Shown here: one piece after another, positions 28,736 to 37,983 of the stretch | How positions within the stretch are numbered: the stretch's first letter is position 1 | How the letters are laid out: each line of letters begins with the position of its first letter | Source of the DNA: Candidatus Vogelbacteria bacterium | Lineage (GTDB): Bacteria > Patescibacteriota > Minisyncoccia > Phycocordibacterales > XYD1-FULL-46-19 | Length of the DNA stretch: 64,000 bases | Assembly: GCA_021414225.1 (NCBI GenBank) | Contig: JAIOOX010000002.1 | Location: 342,958-406,957 of the forward strand | Direction of reading: 5' to 3' | Translations under genes and position numbers: made by a program | Notes under the pieces: model-generated | Told to the model about the DNA's origin: nothing | What the model saw: only the letters and a program-made list of their open reading frames with translations | Database searches by the model: none

Positions 28736-28841
28736 ACTATTCCATTTTAGGAGACTTCGCAAGATCGACGGATCGAGACTTGAGGAATTTTCTAGCAAGA
28801 AAATATCCGTGCTCCTAAGATGGAGATAGTGAACGTTTTTT
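28736..28841 (+). ncRNA. Structured element copy A (about 95 nt, 18-bp closing stem, conserved core, then GTGAACG + T6)
   Basis: Core gagRCTTCGCAAGA...CGAGACTTGAGGAATTTTC.AGCA.GAAAATATCCGT.CTCC shared with 36189-36291; the G-U wobble in the closing stem is valid only for a + strand RNA. Confidence 0.5.
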
Positions 28842-29163
28842 AAAATTTCAAATCCTCCATCGCTTGATCCACAGATCGAGAAGCTGACATTGGAGCGGGA
28901 GCCCGAGTACTACCTTCTGGTTCGTTTATTTTTAGGTTTACGCGAGCATTATTTTTCATTCCCACCACTCGGAGTAAAGTACGGATGGCTTTAGCAGTAT
29001 TGCCTTGGCGACCGATAATTTTACCCATATCTTCCGGATGAACATCAAGACTAATCAATACTCCCATTTCATCTACCTTGCGACCAACCTTAACCTCTTC
29101 TGGATGATCGACTAGGGCCTTAACAAGCATTTCTAAGAATTCCTGATCTTTGTGAGCGTCCAT
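28840..29163 (-). CDS. KH-domain RNA-binding protein (YlqC/KhpA-like)
   Basis: GKIIGRQGNTAKAIRTLL KH motif; conserved position downstream of rpsP. Confidence 0.7.
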   Translation of the reverse strand: MDAHKDQEFLEMLVKALVDHPEEVKVGRKVDEMGVLISLDVHPEDMGKIIGRQGNTAKAIRTLLRVVGMKNNARVNLKINEPEGSTRAPAPMSASRSVDQAMEDLKF

Positions 29164-29311
29164 TATAAAATCTATAAACTAAGGCTTATAAATGACCAGG
29201 CAGAATATCTGCCGACCAGTTAATTGTAGACGAGGCCAATACCTTTGTCAAAATAAAATCCCTTCGATTTTTTTATCAAAGGGATTTTATTTTTTAAAAT
29301 TTAAAAAATAT

Positions 29312-29779
29312 TTAAGCGGTTTTTTCTTCAGCAGGAGTTTCAGCTACTACTTCTGGTTCTGGAGTGGTTTCAACTGGAGCTTCAACAGGCGCTTCTTCTA
29401 CTACTGGAGTCTCAGTAGCCACCTCCTCCTCAACCTTCACTTCTTCTACCTTCTCCACTACTGGTGCTTCTGGAGCTTTTTCTTCTACTTTAGGTTCTTC
29501 TGGTTTAACTGGCTTTTGACCAAGCACATTAACTGTCTTACCAGCTACCACCTTAAATTTAACCAACATGTTGTGAACTGTATCAGAAATACCAGCCCCC
29601 ATAGCCAACCAGTGTTTGATACGGTCAGCATTTAGTTGTGGTTTACCAAAACGAGCATTGTAAGATCCAAGTACTTCCAAAAACTTGCCACTTTGTGGAC
29701 CATTTTTAGAGTCGGTCACAACCACCCGGAAAGACGGGTCATTTTTGCGGCCAACACGTTGTAATCGGATCATTAACAT
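29312..29779 (-). CDS. rpsP: 30S ribosomal protein S16 with acidic E/P/V-rich C-terminal extension
   Basis: MLMIRLQRVGRKNDPSFRVVVTDSKNGPQSGKFLEVLGSYN matches the S16 N-terminus; start at internal ATG. Confidence 0.85.
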   Translation of the reverse strand: MLMIRLQRVGRKNDPSFRVVVTDSKNGPQSGKFLEVLGSYNARFGKPQLNADRIKHWLAMGAGISDTVHNMLVKFKVVAGKTVNVLGQKPVKPEEPKVEEKAPEAPVVEKVEEVKVEEEVATETPVVEEAPVEAPVETTPEPEVVAETPAEEKTA

Positions 29780-29966
29780 GACCACGAGATAGTAACATAA
29801 AAGGCCGGCTAAAGGCAAGTAGAAACACTTCTAAACGCCGTCAAACGGAAGGTGGGCACTAAGGAAGGGGGTTTGCCGAGTGGCGACGAGGCAACTTCAG
29901 GATTTTTTAAGCTTCAAAAAATCTGTACCCTTCTCTAGTGCCCACCTGAAGTGCTATACTCGCACC

Positions 29967-31856
29967 ATGTCTGACACTAAACAAACAGGTACCCTCAAAA
30001 TAGGCTATAAAGGCCGAGGGTTCGTTACCTTAGAAAACGACCCAGAAACAATTATTGAAATAGAAGTGGAAAACCTAGGCACTGCCATGCACAACGACAC
30101 TGTTGAGGTGGCAGATAATAAAGTAATCTCTATCGTGAATAGAGCTAAGACTCAATTTGTGGGCCTAGTTTATCGTCGCGATGACGGCCGTTTAACTGTT
30201 ATCCCCGATGACCGCAAATGTTACGCTCCTTTTTGGATCAAGACACCCCCAACCGACATCAAACCTGGCGAGAAAGTAATCATTAATTTTGATCAATGGC
30301 TAGATCCATTAGATTTACCAGAGGCTACAATTATTAAAGATCTTGGTAAGCAGGGTGAACACGAAGTTGAAATCCAATCCATCGTTGCCGAACGCGGACT
30401 ACCCGTCGACTTTCCACCTGAAGTTGACGCTGAAGCGTCCAAAATCGCCGAAACCTGGAAAGAAGATATGGCTCGGGAAGCTCTAACTCGTCGTGATTTT
30501 AGAAAAATTCTCACTTTCACTATCGACCCAGCTGACGCCAAAGATTTTGACGACGCCCTCTCTATTCAAAAATTAGCAAATGGTAATTGGGAAATCGGTG
30601 TTCACATTGCCGACGTATCGCACTATGTCCGCCCTGGCACTATTCTCGACGGCGAATCATCTAAAAGAGCCACTTCGATCTACCTCGTCGATCGAACCAT
30701 CCCCATGTTGCCCGAAGTGCTATCGAATGAAATTTGTAGTCTAAAGCCTCACGAAGACCGCCTGGCTTTTTCCGCGGTTTTTGAAATTACTGACGAAGGT
30801 GACATCAAAAATGAATGGTACGGTAAAACAATTATCTATTCCGACAAACGCTTTACCTACGAAGAAGCTCAACAAATTTTAACTGACGGAAAAGGTCTCC
30901 ATATAGACGAGCTCAATACCATGAATCGTCTAGCTAAGATTTTGCGCGCCCAAAACAAAGCCGCTGGCGCTATTTCTTTTGAAGATAGTGAAGTCAAATT
31001 CAAACTCGATGCCAATAATAAACCAATCGATGTCATCAAAAAAGTCCGTACTGACACCAATCTCCTGATTGAGGACTTTATGCTTCTCGCCAACCGTAAA
31101 GTGGCTGAGTATGCTCATAATAAAAATAATGGCAAAGATCATTCTTTCGTCTACCGTATCCACGACACACCAAATATAGAGAAATTACAAAGTTTAGCCG
31201 TTTTCCTCAAACCACTTGGTTATGATCTCCAAATCGACAACGACACCATTTCCTCGCTCGATTTAAATAAACTACTCGCCAAAGCCGAAGCCGCTGCCGA
31301 AAGTCACATCATTAACCGGGCCACGGTCCGAGCGATGGCTAAAGCGGTCTACTCGACTCGCAACATTGGTCACTGGGGCCTCGCTTTTGATTACTACACT
31401 CACTTCACTTCCCCGATCCGTCGCTACCCCGACTTAATGGTGCACCGCTTATTAGAAATATATTTAGCTGGCGGGACTCCAACCGAAAAAATGATTACCG
31501 ATATTAGCCGCCAAGTTGTTCACTCGACTGACATGGAAATCCGCGCCGCGGATGCTGAGCGTGAATCAATTAAATTCAAGCAAGTGGAATATATGTCGAC
31601 CAAAATCGGTCAGACCTTCGCTGGTATTGTGGCTGGTGTCACCGAGTTTGGTCTGTTTGTTGAAGATGAGTATTCTAAATCAGAAGGAATGGTCCGTCTC
31701 TCAACTCTTGATGATTATTATGAATTCAACGAAGCTACTCTCAGTCTAGTTGGCCGCGCCTCCCAAAACCGAATTCGCCTGGGCGACAAAATTAAAATCA
31801 AACTCCTCAAAGCCGACGTTCCAAAACGCCAACTTGATTTTGAAATAGTTAAATAA
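29967..31856 (+). CDS. rnr: Ribonuclease R / RNB-family 3'-5' exoribonuclease (the longest ORF begins at GTG 29880)
   Basis: RNB catalytic region IDPADAKDFDDALS...HIADVSHYV; C-terminal S1 domain. Confidence 0.8.
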   Translation: MSDTKQTGTLKIGYKGRGFVTLENDPETIIEIEVENLGTAMHNDTVEVADNKVISIVNRAKTQFVGLVYRRDDGRLTVIPDDRKCYAPFWIKTPPTDIKPGEKVIINFDQWLDPLDLPEATIIKDLGKQGEHEVEIQSIVAERGLPVDFPPEVDAEASKIAETWKEDMAREALTRRDFRKILTFTIDPADAKDFDDALSIQKLANGNWEIGVHIADVSHYVRPGTILDGESSKRATSIYLVDRTIPMLPEVLSNEICSLKPHEDRLAFSAVFEITDEGDIKNEWYGKTIIYSDKRFTYEEAQQILTDGKGLHIDELNTMNRLAKILRAQNKAAGAISFEDSEVKFKLDANNKPIDVIKKVRTDTNLLIEDFMLLANRKVAEYAHNKNNGKDHSFVYRIHDTPNIEKLQSLAVFLKPLGYDLQIDNDTISSLDLNKLLAKAEAAAESHIINRATVRAMAKAVYSTRNIGHWGLAFDYYTHFTSPIRRYPDLMVHRLLEIYLAGGTPTEKMITDISRQVVHSTDMEIRAADAERESIKFKQVEYMSTKIGQTFAGIVAGVTEFGLFVEDEYSKSEGMVRLSTLDDYYEFNEATLSLVGRASQNRIRLGDKIKIKLLKADVPKRQLDFEIVK

Positions 31857-31859
31857 AAG

Positions 31860-31912
31860 AAAACCCCCGGATCATTCATCAAACTTAATTGATAATTGAT
31901 CGGGGGGTTTAG
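31860..31912. terminator. Long imperfect hairpin (cccccggatcattcatcaa...ttgataattgatcgggggg) flanked by A/T
   Basis: Between convergent rnr and the 31967 gene. Confidence 0.5.
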
Positions 31913-31966
31913 AAATAAAATTTTGTCTTCCTCTCGAAAGTCAAAATCCCAAGCTGATAGAAGTCG

Positions 31967-32329
31967 CTAGATAGTAACCACTGGTGTGAACAGGTAGAGT
32001 CCGCCGCTGGCGCTCCACACATAATCATCCCAGAAGTCATAAGCAACACCACTGTTGGTATCAACAGCCGGCCGTCCTTCATAGTTGAACAGGAAGACCT
32101 TTTTGCCAGCAGGTAATCCTCTCTGTTCCCGCCAGAAGAGATCGATCAAGGACCCAGATAGACAGAGCTTCTCCAAGCTAATCCCCACCGAACCAAAGAG
32201 GTCCAGAAAACTGCCATCGCCCATTGCTCGATAAACAGCGAAGCCTGAGGATATCGCCAGCCCGCTTTCTGGTGGGACCAGGGTGACACAATCTGGACGA
32301 AGAATCATCCCCTCTTTTATCTCAAACAC
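31967..32329 (-). CDS. Hypothetical protein (120 aa), GC-rich
   Basis: Overlaps the upstream gene by 13 nt (operon). Confidence 0.4.
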   Translation of the reverse strand: MFEIKEGMILRPDCVTLVPPESGLAISSGFAVYRAMGDGSFLDLFGSVGISLEKLCLSGSLIDLFWREQRGLPAGKKVFLFNYEGRPAVDTNSGVAYDFWDDYVWSASGGLYLFTPVVTI

Positions 32330-33237
32330 GGGAACGCCTCCCTTTTTCCACCAAATAGATGGGACAGGAGATCTCCGCCCGCCTGGCTGGTGAATTGAAG
32401 CTGAGTCAGTGAAAGATCCAGCTTGGCTGGCAAGCTCTGCCGCTCTAAGTCTACAGCAGTCAAAGATCTCCCGTTCGCTGGCTGTCCTTCAGGCAAGCGG
32501 AAGAGGACCTTCCAACAAATCTCCTCCGAATGACAGCAGTAGAGCAGTTCCTCCTTCACAGACATTTCAGGCTCCACACTAGAGTAACAGACCCTTGTCT
32601 TTCCGCTGATGCCGCGATCTTTACTCCAATGTTCAAGTACATAGAAGTGATGTTCTCCGTACCAGTTAGTAACGACCCCCTCCGTTGCCACCAGCACCGG
32701 TTGGTGATAAGTGGTCTGATAGCCACAGATTCCCAGAATCGGGATGATCGTGTAGGGGCACTCCAGTAGCCCCATTTCCAAACCCCGCGAATAGACATCC
32801 TGCAGAGACATCGACTTGTCGTCCTTGTCAAAACCAAGGTCTTCAAGAGATACCTCGACAAAAGTCATATCAAAGACATCGCCTTGTGGCTGAAGTAGCA
32901 ACTGGGCAATAATCCCTTCCGCCCCCCGAGCTTGGTGACTGTGCGAATACAAGCGATGGTGACCACCACCATCTCCCCGTCTAAAGCGAAGAGGTATGTG
33001 CCATAAGTCGCTGAAACAGAGGTTTAGCCCCATCTCTTTGACCAAATCGGCCAACTGTTCATAGTCCTCGGGACTGGGAATTGGGTACCTGACCCGAAAG
33101 ACCGGCCCAGATATCAGTCCGGGCAACTTACTATTCGGCCCAGAAAGAAGTCCAGCTGGATCACCGGGTGGGACAACGCCCACTCTCTGTACATTGTTTT
33201 TCACGATTAAGAAGCTCCTTTTTAAAGTCCACGTCAT
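32317..33237 (-). CDS. Hypothetical protein (306 aa), GC-rich
   Basis: No recognisable motif; compositional outlier. Confidence 0.45.
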   Translation of the reverse strand: MTWTLKRSFLIVKNNVQRVGVVPPGDPAGLLSGPNSKLPGLISGPVFRVRYPIPSPEDYEQLADLVKEMGLNLCFSDLWHIPLRFRRGDGGGHHRLYSHSHQARGAEGIIAQLLLQPQGDVFDMTFVEVSLEDLGFDKDDKSMSLQDVYSRGLEMGLLECPYTIIPILGICGYQTTYHQPVLVATEGVVTNWYGEHHFYVLEHWSKDRGISGKTRVCYSSVEPEMSVKEELLYCCHSEEICWKVLFRLPEGQPANGRSLTAVDLERQSLPAKLDLSLTQLQFTSQAGGDLLSHLFGGKREAFPCLR

Positions 33238-33340
33238 AGGTTAACCACATAATTAACCCACAACCAGACCATTTCATACCACACAAATTTAAAAATAGCA
33301 ATGATTATCAATACTTACGGATCTAAGTGATTCTGGATTC

Positions 33341-35581
33341 TTACTTAGCAAATCCAGCTGCCTCATCAAATCTAATTGATAGAAGTTTAGATACCCCATC
33401 AGAACCCATGGTCACACCATAAAGGATACTGGCTCGAGACATTGTTTCCCTATTGTGAGTGATGACGATTAGTTGAGAGTGTTTGGCGAGAGCGGTCACC
33501 ATTTCACCGTATTTGCGAGAGTTGGCTTCATCAAGGGCCGCGTCAGTTTCATCAAGAATCAAAAATGGTGGCGGATTAACTTGCGACATCGCAAAGAGTA
33601 AAGCGATAGAAGTCAGAGCGCGCTCACCACCAGAGAGCATCTGGAGACCTTTTATTTTCTTCCGTGGTAAGTTCACATTAATATCAATCCCCGTTTCCAC
33701 TTCTTTATCGCCTTCAGTTATATCACCCTCCATCTCTTCTCCACTATCATCAGAGAAGACGCTACGCTTGCGCTTCACTTCTTGAACTAACTCTAGCGAA
33801 GCCGATCCCCCGTCGAACATCAGCACAAAGAAGTTATTAAATTCTTTGTTAATTTTTCCAATACCTTCAGCAAATTCGTGTGACAGCTTTTCGCGCAATT
33901 CTTTCATCACATTCTTCAAACTTTCAGAGGCGGTCAACAAATCTTCCAATTCTTTGGCTAAATATTCATCACGCTCAGTCACCTCTTTGTATTCAGTCAG
34001 TACATCAGTCCCTTCCATACCCATATCTTCCAAGCGAATCTTAATGCGCTCGATCGTGCGACGACGGTCTTCTTGTTTATCGCGAGGTTCATTATCTGGC
34101 ACAAAAGAAGCCATAAAGCGATCGTACTCCAGCACTTCCCGATCCACTAAAGTCACCGCCTCATCTAGCTCTCGTTTGAAGTTTTCTTGAAGAACCGCCA
34201 AAGTCCTAGATTCCGCTTCAGTGGCATCAAGAATAGAAGATAACTCCATTTTCTTAGAGCGTAATTCAAACACTTCTCGCTCGGCGCCGCGAGTCGCTTC
34301 GCGCTCTTTTTCTATCGCTTGTTTAAGTTCTAACTGACGACCCAAGTTTTTCTCTTCGTCGGCAATCAATTGAGCCAGTTCCTGATCAAGTTCTACTTTC
34401 TGATTTTTCAGTGAAGCTAAAACTTCTTCTTTATTATCCTCTCTCTTAATCTGGTGTTTAAATTTATCAACAAAATTTCTCAGTAAACTTTTGACTTCAA
34501 TCAAGGCCGAGCGTAAGACTGAGATATTATCAAGCTGAGCCCGACTATCAATATGCGCTTCAATATTAGCCAAGACTGATTTCAACTCTGACATCGGCAC
34601 CGAGGCATCTTCTTCGGTTTTTATTTCCGCCAATTGTTCCGTCTTTATTTCAATCAAACCTTCTAGACGACCAAGTTGCCGAGCAATATCGTCTTTCTTG
34701 GTGCGAATATCGCGAAGGAGGCGCTCCAGCACCGCCAATTCTCCACTGGCCGCTGATTCACTAATATCGCGCTTAAGTGCCTGTTCCGCATCAGCTAAAC
34801 GAGCCAAAACAGCTGTTAGTTCCGCTTGCGGTCCAGACTTTTTGTGAGTCAAGCTATTGGCGGTTTCAATTAAATAAACTGATTCGCGTTTTAAATATTC
34901 AAAATATAATTTCTTGAGTTCCCGACGCATTTCGTCAGCCTTCTCCACTTTCTCGACCTGCTTTTTCAAAAACCGAATATGCGGCGCAATCTCGCGACGG
35001 AGTGATTCTATTTCTTTAACATTTTGCTCGGTCTTATCTAATTTCTTTTCACTTTCGGTAATTTTCCATTGATACACTTTCAAACCTAAAGCCTCTTCAA
35101 TCATTTCTTGCCGATCTTTAATACTGGAATTTAAAATTCGATCAGCTTCGCCTTGAGAAATAATATGATGACCGGTCGAACCAAGCGAGACTGAACCAAG
35201 TAGCTCAATAATATCTTTCAATCGCACAGCTGAACCATTGATCGCGTACTCGTTGGAACCATCGCGATGGACAGTACGGGTGATAACTACTTCATCATAA
35301 TCAATATTGAAACGCTTCGATGTATTATCAAAAGCGACCGAGACTGAGGCTCGATTGAGCCGACCACTGGAACTAGTGCCGTTGAAAATTAAGTCTTCTC
35401 CACGTTTACCACGCAGAGATTTGAGAGACTGCTCACCGAGCACCCAACGAAAGGCTTCGGCCACGTTTGATTTACCAGAGCCATTAGGACCGACAATAGA
35501 TGTAACCGGCGCGTCAAAAGACAAGGTCGTTTTTTTACCAAAAGACTTAAAACCATTTATTTCTAGCCTGGTGAGACGCAT
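33341..35581 (-). CDS. smc: SMC-like chromosome segregation ATPase, short form (about 746 aa from ATG 35581)
   Basis: N-terminal RLTRLEINGFKSF...GPNGSGKSN Walker A, long coiled coil, C-terminal LSGGERALTSIALLFAM signature and Walker B ILDETDAALD. Confidence 0.65.
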   Translation of the reverse strand: MRLTRLEINGFKSFGKKTTLSFDAPVTSIVGPNGSGKSNVAEAFRWVLGEQSLKSLRGKRGEDLIFNGTSSSGRLNRASVSVAFDNTSKRFNIDYDEVVITRTVHRDGSNEYAINGSAVRLKDIIELLGSVSLGSTGHHIISQGEADRILNSSIKDRQEMIEEALGLKVYQWKITESEKKLDKTEQNVKEIESLRREIAPHIRFLKKQVEKVEKADEMRRELKKLYFEYLKRESVYLIETANSLTHKKSGPQAELTAVLARLADAEQALKRDISESAASGELAVLERLLRDIRTKKDDIARQLGRLEGLIEIKTEQLAEIKTEEDASVPMSELKSVLANIEAHIDSRAQLDNISVLRSALIEVKSLLRNFVDKFKHQIKREDNKEEVLASLKNQKVELDQELAQLIADEEKNLGRQLELKQAIEKEREATRGAEREVFELRSKKMELSSILDATEAESRTLAVLQENFKRELDEAVTLVDREVLEYDRFMASFVPDNEPRDKQEDRRRTIERIKIRLEDMGMEGTDVLTEYKEVTERDEYLAKELEDLLTASESLKNVMKELREKLSHEFAEGIGKINKEFNNFFVLMFDGGSASLELVQEVKRKRSVFSDDSGEEMEGDITEGDKEVETGIDINVNLPRKKIKGLQMLSGGERALTSIALLFAMSQVNPPPFLILDETDAALDEANSRKYGEMVTALAKHSQLIVITHNRETMSRASILYGVTMGSDGVSKLLSIRFDEAAGFAK

Positions 35582-35621
35582 GGGTAAATAATACCATAAG
35601 CTTATCTTCCCTAGAAACAAT

Positions 35622-35662
35622 GAACCCGCCTCGCGACGTGTTCATTGTCGGGGCGGGTGTGA
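35622..35662 (-). terminator. Island-family terminator (cccgcctcgcgacg...ttgtcggggcggg)
   Basis: Near-identical arms to 11451-11491. Confidence 0.6.
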
Positions 35663-35670
35663 AATCTGAT

Positions 35671-35976
35671 TTAGTCTTGGTGGACAGGTACGTCCATGAC
35701 TTCGCCAAAACGCGAAATGGCACCTTTGTAATCAATCGTGGCCAAATCCGGGAACAATTCCAGAAGAACCGGCCGCAACTGCTCACGACAGACAAACGCT
35801 GTACCACTCCACGAATCACAACCAGCTGCCACTTCGGATGGCAAAGCGGTCTTCGCCAAATCCATCAACTCTTGGGTTGTGACGGCCACAGTCCCAGGCA
35901 AGGTCTTGGCCGAGCCTACCAACCAAAGTACTCTGGTTGGATGTTTTTTTGTGACCCAACTGGCTACAGAAGACAT
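35671..35976 (-). CDS. Hypothetical protein (101 aa), GC-rich solitary cassette between rnc and smc
   Basis: AAGGAG RBS 9 nt upstream; consensus promoter further upstream; island-type terminator downstream. Confidence 0.5.
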   Translation of the reverse strand: MSSVASWVTKKHPTRVLWLVGSAKTLPGTVAVTTQELMDLAKTALPSEVAAGCDSWSGTAFVCREQLRPVLLELFPDLATIDYKGAISRFGEVMDVPVHQD

Positions 35977-36065
35977 TTTTTCTACTCCTTGTTAGAATTT
36001 AGACTGACCATAAACTGCCACAAAGCAGACCATAAGGCCAACTAAACCCATTTATTCTGTAATTA

Positions 36066-36094
36066 ATTATACACCCAAATAGTCTTTCTGTCAA
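36066..36094 (-). promoter_or_regulatory. Consensus sigma-70 promoter TTGACA-N17-TATAAT (minus strand)
   Basis: -35 at 36089-36094, -10 at 36066-36071, exact consensus in both hexamers, 17-nt spacer. Confidence 0.6.
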
Positions 36095-36188
36095 GGAATT
36101 GGGTTTTTGAAGTAAGCGAAACAAGTTCTCAGACAAAGGCTCGCACAACAGTCGACTAGCCGGTTTTTGCATTTTTGGGCCAAGTGAA

Positions 36189-36291
36189 CCCCTGCTTTTT
36201 GGGAGGCTTCGCAAGACGGGTAGTCGAGACTTGAGGAATTTTTCAGCAGAAAAATATCCGTACTCCCAAAAAGCAGGGGTGAACGATTTTT
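36189..36291 (+). ncRNA. Structured element copy B (perfect 17-bp closing stem cccctgctttttgggag/ctcccaaaaagcagggg)
   Basis: Same core and same GTGAACG + T-run as copy A; compensatory 1-nt insertions in the internal GGAATTTT(T)C/GAAAA(A)TATCC stem. Confidence 0.5.
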
Positions 36292-36985
36292 AATCCCACC
36301 CCTTCTCCTTCAACCCCTTATCTGCCGCATCCTGCTCCGCTTCTTGTTTAGAGTGACCTTCACCAGTCGTCACCTGCTCTTCACCAATAAACAAACCGAC
36401 GGTAAATTTTTTATTATGATCCGGACCAACTTCAGCTAAGACTTGGTAAGCAGGGGTCACACTAAAGTGCTCTTGGGCTTTTTCTTGAAAATAACTTTTT
36501 GAGTCTTGCCATAATTCCCCTTCGACAATTTTATCGGTTTTATTAAAAAGATTATCAGCAATAAATTTGGCTGCCACCTCATAACCTTGATCCAAATAGA
36601 TAGCCCCCACCACCGATTCAAAAGTATTGGCTAAAATATATTGACGAGCTCGGCCGGTATCTTTGGCTTCTCCCCTAGATAGAAGCAAATAATCATTCAA
36701 ACCAAGTTCCGTAGCCACGTCAGATAAAGAGTTGGTATTAACCAAAGCAGCTCGCAAAGCGGTCAACTCTCCTTCTGGTTTAGTCGAATAGCGTTTATAT
36801 AAAAAGTCAGTTACCACCAATTCCAACACCGCATCACCCAAAAATTCTAGCCGTTCGTTATGAGGCAAAGTCACATCTCGATGCTCATTAAGATAAGAAC
36901 GATGAATAAAGGCTTGTTTGAGCAAGTCTTTGTCATTAAAAGTCAGGCCGATACGTTTAGCAAATTGATTGGGGTCTAAAGACAT
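36290..36985 (-). CDS. rnc: Ribonuclease III
   Basis: ERLEFLGDAVL signature; C-terminal dsRBD. Confidence 0.9.
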   Translation of the reverse strand: MSLDPNQFAKRIGLTFNDKDLLKQAFIHRSYLNEHRDVTLPHNERLEFLGDAVLELVVTDFLYKRYSTKPEGELTALRAALVNTNSLSDVATELGLNDYLLLSRGEAKDTGRARQYILANTFESVVGAIYLDQGYEVAAKFIADNLFNKTDKIVEGELWQDSKSYFQEKAQEHFSVTPAYQVLAEVGPDHNKKFTVGLFIGEEQVTTGEGHSKQEAEQDAADKGLKEKGWD

Positions 36986-37004
36986 ATTCTGAACATTACT
37001 AGCA

Positions 37005-37919
37005 TTAAGAAGCCTTGTTTGACAACAACACCTTAATCGCTTTGGTTACCAACGGCACCACATCGTCATACATTTTCAGATCCAGCACTTCTGACAACAG
37101 AAACCAGCGGGCGTCGGTTAACCCACCCTTACCTTCCTCGAGTTTTATCTCCTCCGGATTGCTGGCTACAGCAAGGAAATAAGACACTTGTTTACGCACT
37201 TTACCTAACTCTGGATTGGAAGCAATGTATTCGTTAGTGCCTAAAGTTTCACCTATTGTAATATCTAAAGCCATTTCTTCTTTTATCTCTCTAACGGTTC
37301 CATCCTCCACTTTTTCTCCTGGTTCTATTTTCCCTTTTGATAAAGTCCAATAACCAAAAATATCATGCACTAAGGCAATTTTAATTTGCTGACCAGTTTG
37401 GTGATAGACTACCGCTCCACCTAATTTTTGAATTGGCATCTCTTCATATGACACATCTTTAAATCGTCGCTTCTTAGCTGGAACGTCATGTTTACCCGGT
37501 TCACCCATTTCTTTATACACCGCTCCCAACACTCCATTCACAAACCGGCCAGAGTTTTCTCCACCAAAAGTTTTAGCTAATTCAATAGACTCATTAATCG
37601 CCACTCGAGCCGGCACTTCATTTTTATCACCAAACAATAATTCAAATAATCCAAGACGTAGGACATTTCGATCCACAGCCGCAATCTGATCAATCGGCCA
37701 ATCCGGAGCGGCTTTTTCGATAATAGAATCTAATTTTTCCAATCGAGACACTACTCCTTCCGCTAATTTTTTGGCAAAAATAATTTCCTCTAAACCAGGC
37801 GCAAATTCTTCAGCGTCTCGTTCTAAGACTTCCGTAATATCTGGATGTTTATCATCATAAAAATCCCACTCAAAAAGCGACTGCATCGCAAGACTTCGAG
37901 ATAAGTGCCGATTAGCCAT
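37005..37919 (-). CDS. NusB-like antitermination domain fused to a C-terminal NUDIX hydrolase domain
   Basis: N-terminal NusB fold (RSLAMQSLFEWDF...); C-terminal Nudix box GKIEPGEKVEDGTVREIKEEMAL. Confidence 0.65.
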   Translation of the reverse strand: MANRHLSRSLAMQSLFEWDFYDDKHPDITEVLERDAEEFAPGLEEIIFAKKLAEGVVSRLEKLDSIIEKAAPDWPIDQIAAVDRNVLRLGLFELLFGDKNEVPARVAINESIELAKTFGGENSGRFVNGVLGAVYKEMGEPGKHDVPAKKRRFKDVSYEEMPIQKLGGAVVYHQTGQQIKIALVHDIFGYWTLSKGKIEPGEKVEDGTVREIKEEMALDITIGETLGTNEYIASNPELGKVRKQVSYFLAVASNPEEIKLEEGKGGLTDARWFLLSEVLDLKMYDDVVPLVTKAIKVLLSNKAS

Positions 37920-37983
37920 ATTGAGATAATGAAAGATCTTTTTATAAAAAACGCCCGCAACCTAAACGAAAAAACTGAGAATT

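Noticed and set aside
35620-36214. ORFs 35620..36045(+), 35738..35995(+), 35999..36214(-)
   Set aside because: They overlap the better-supported minus-strand cassette ORF (AAGGAG RBS, consensus promoter) and are GC-driven open frames.
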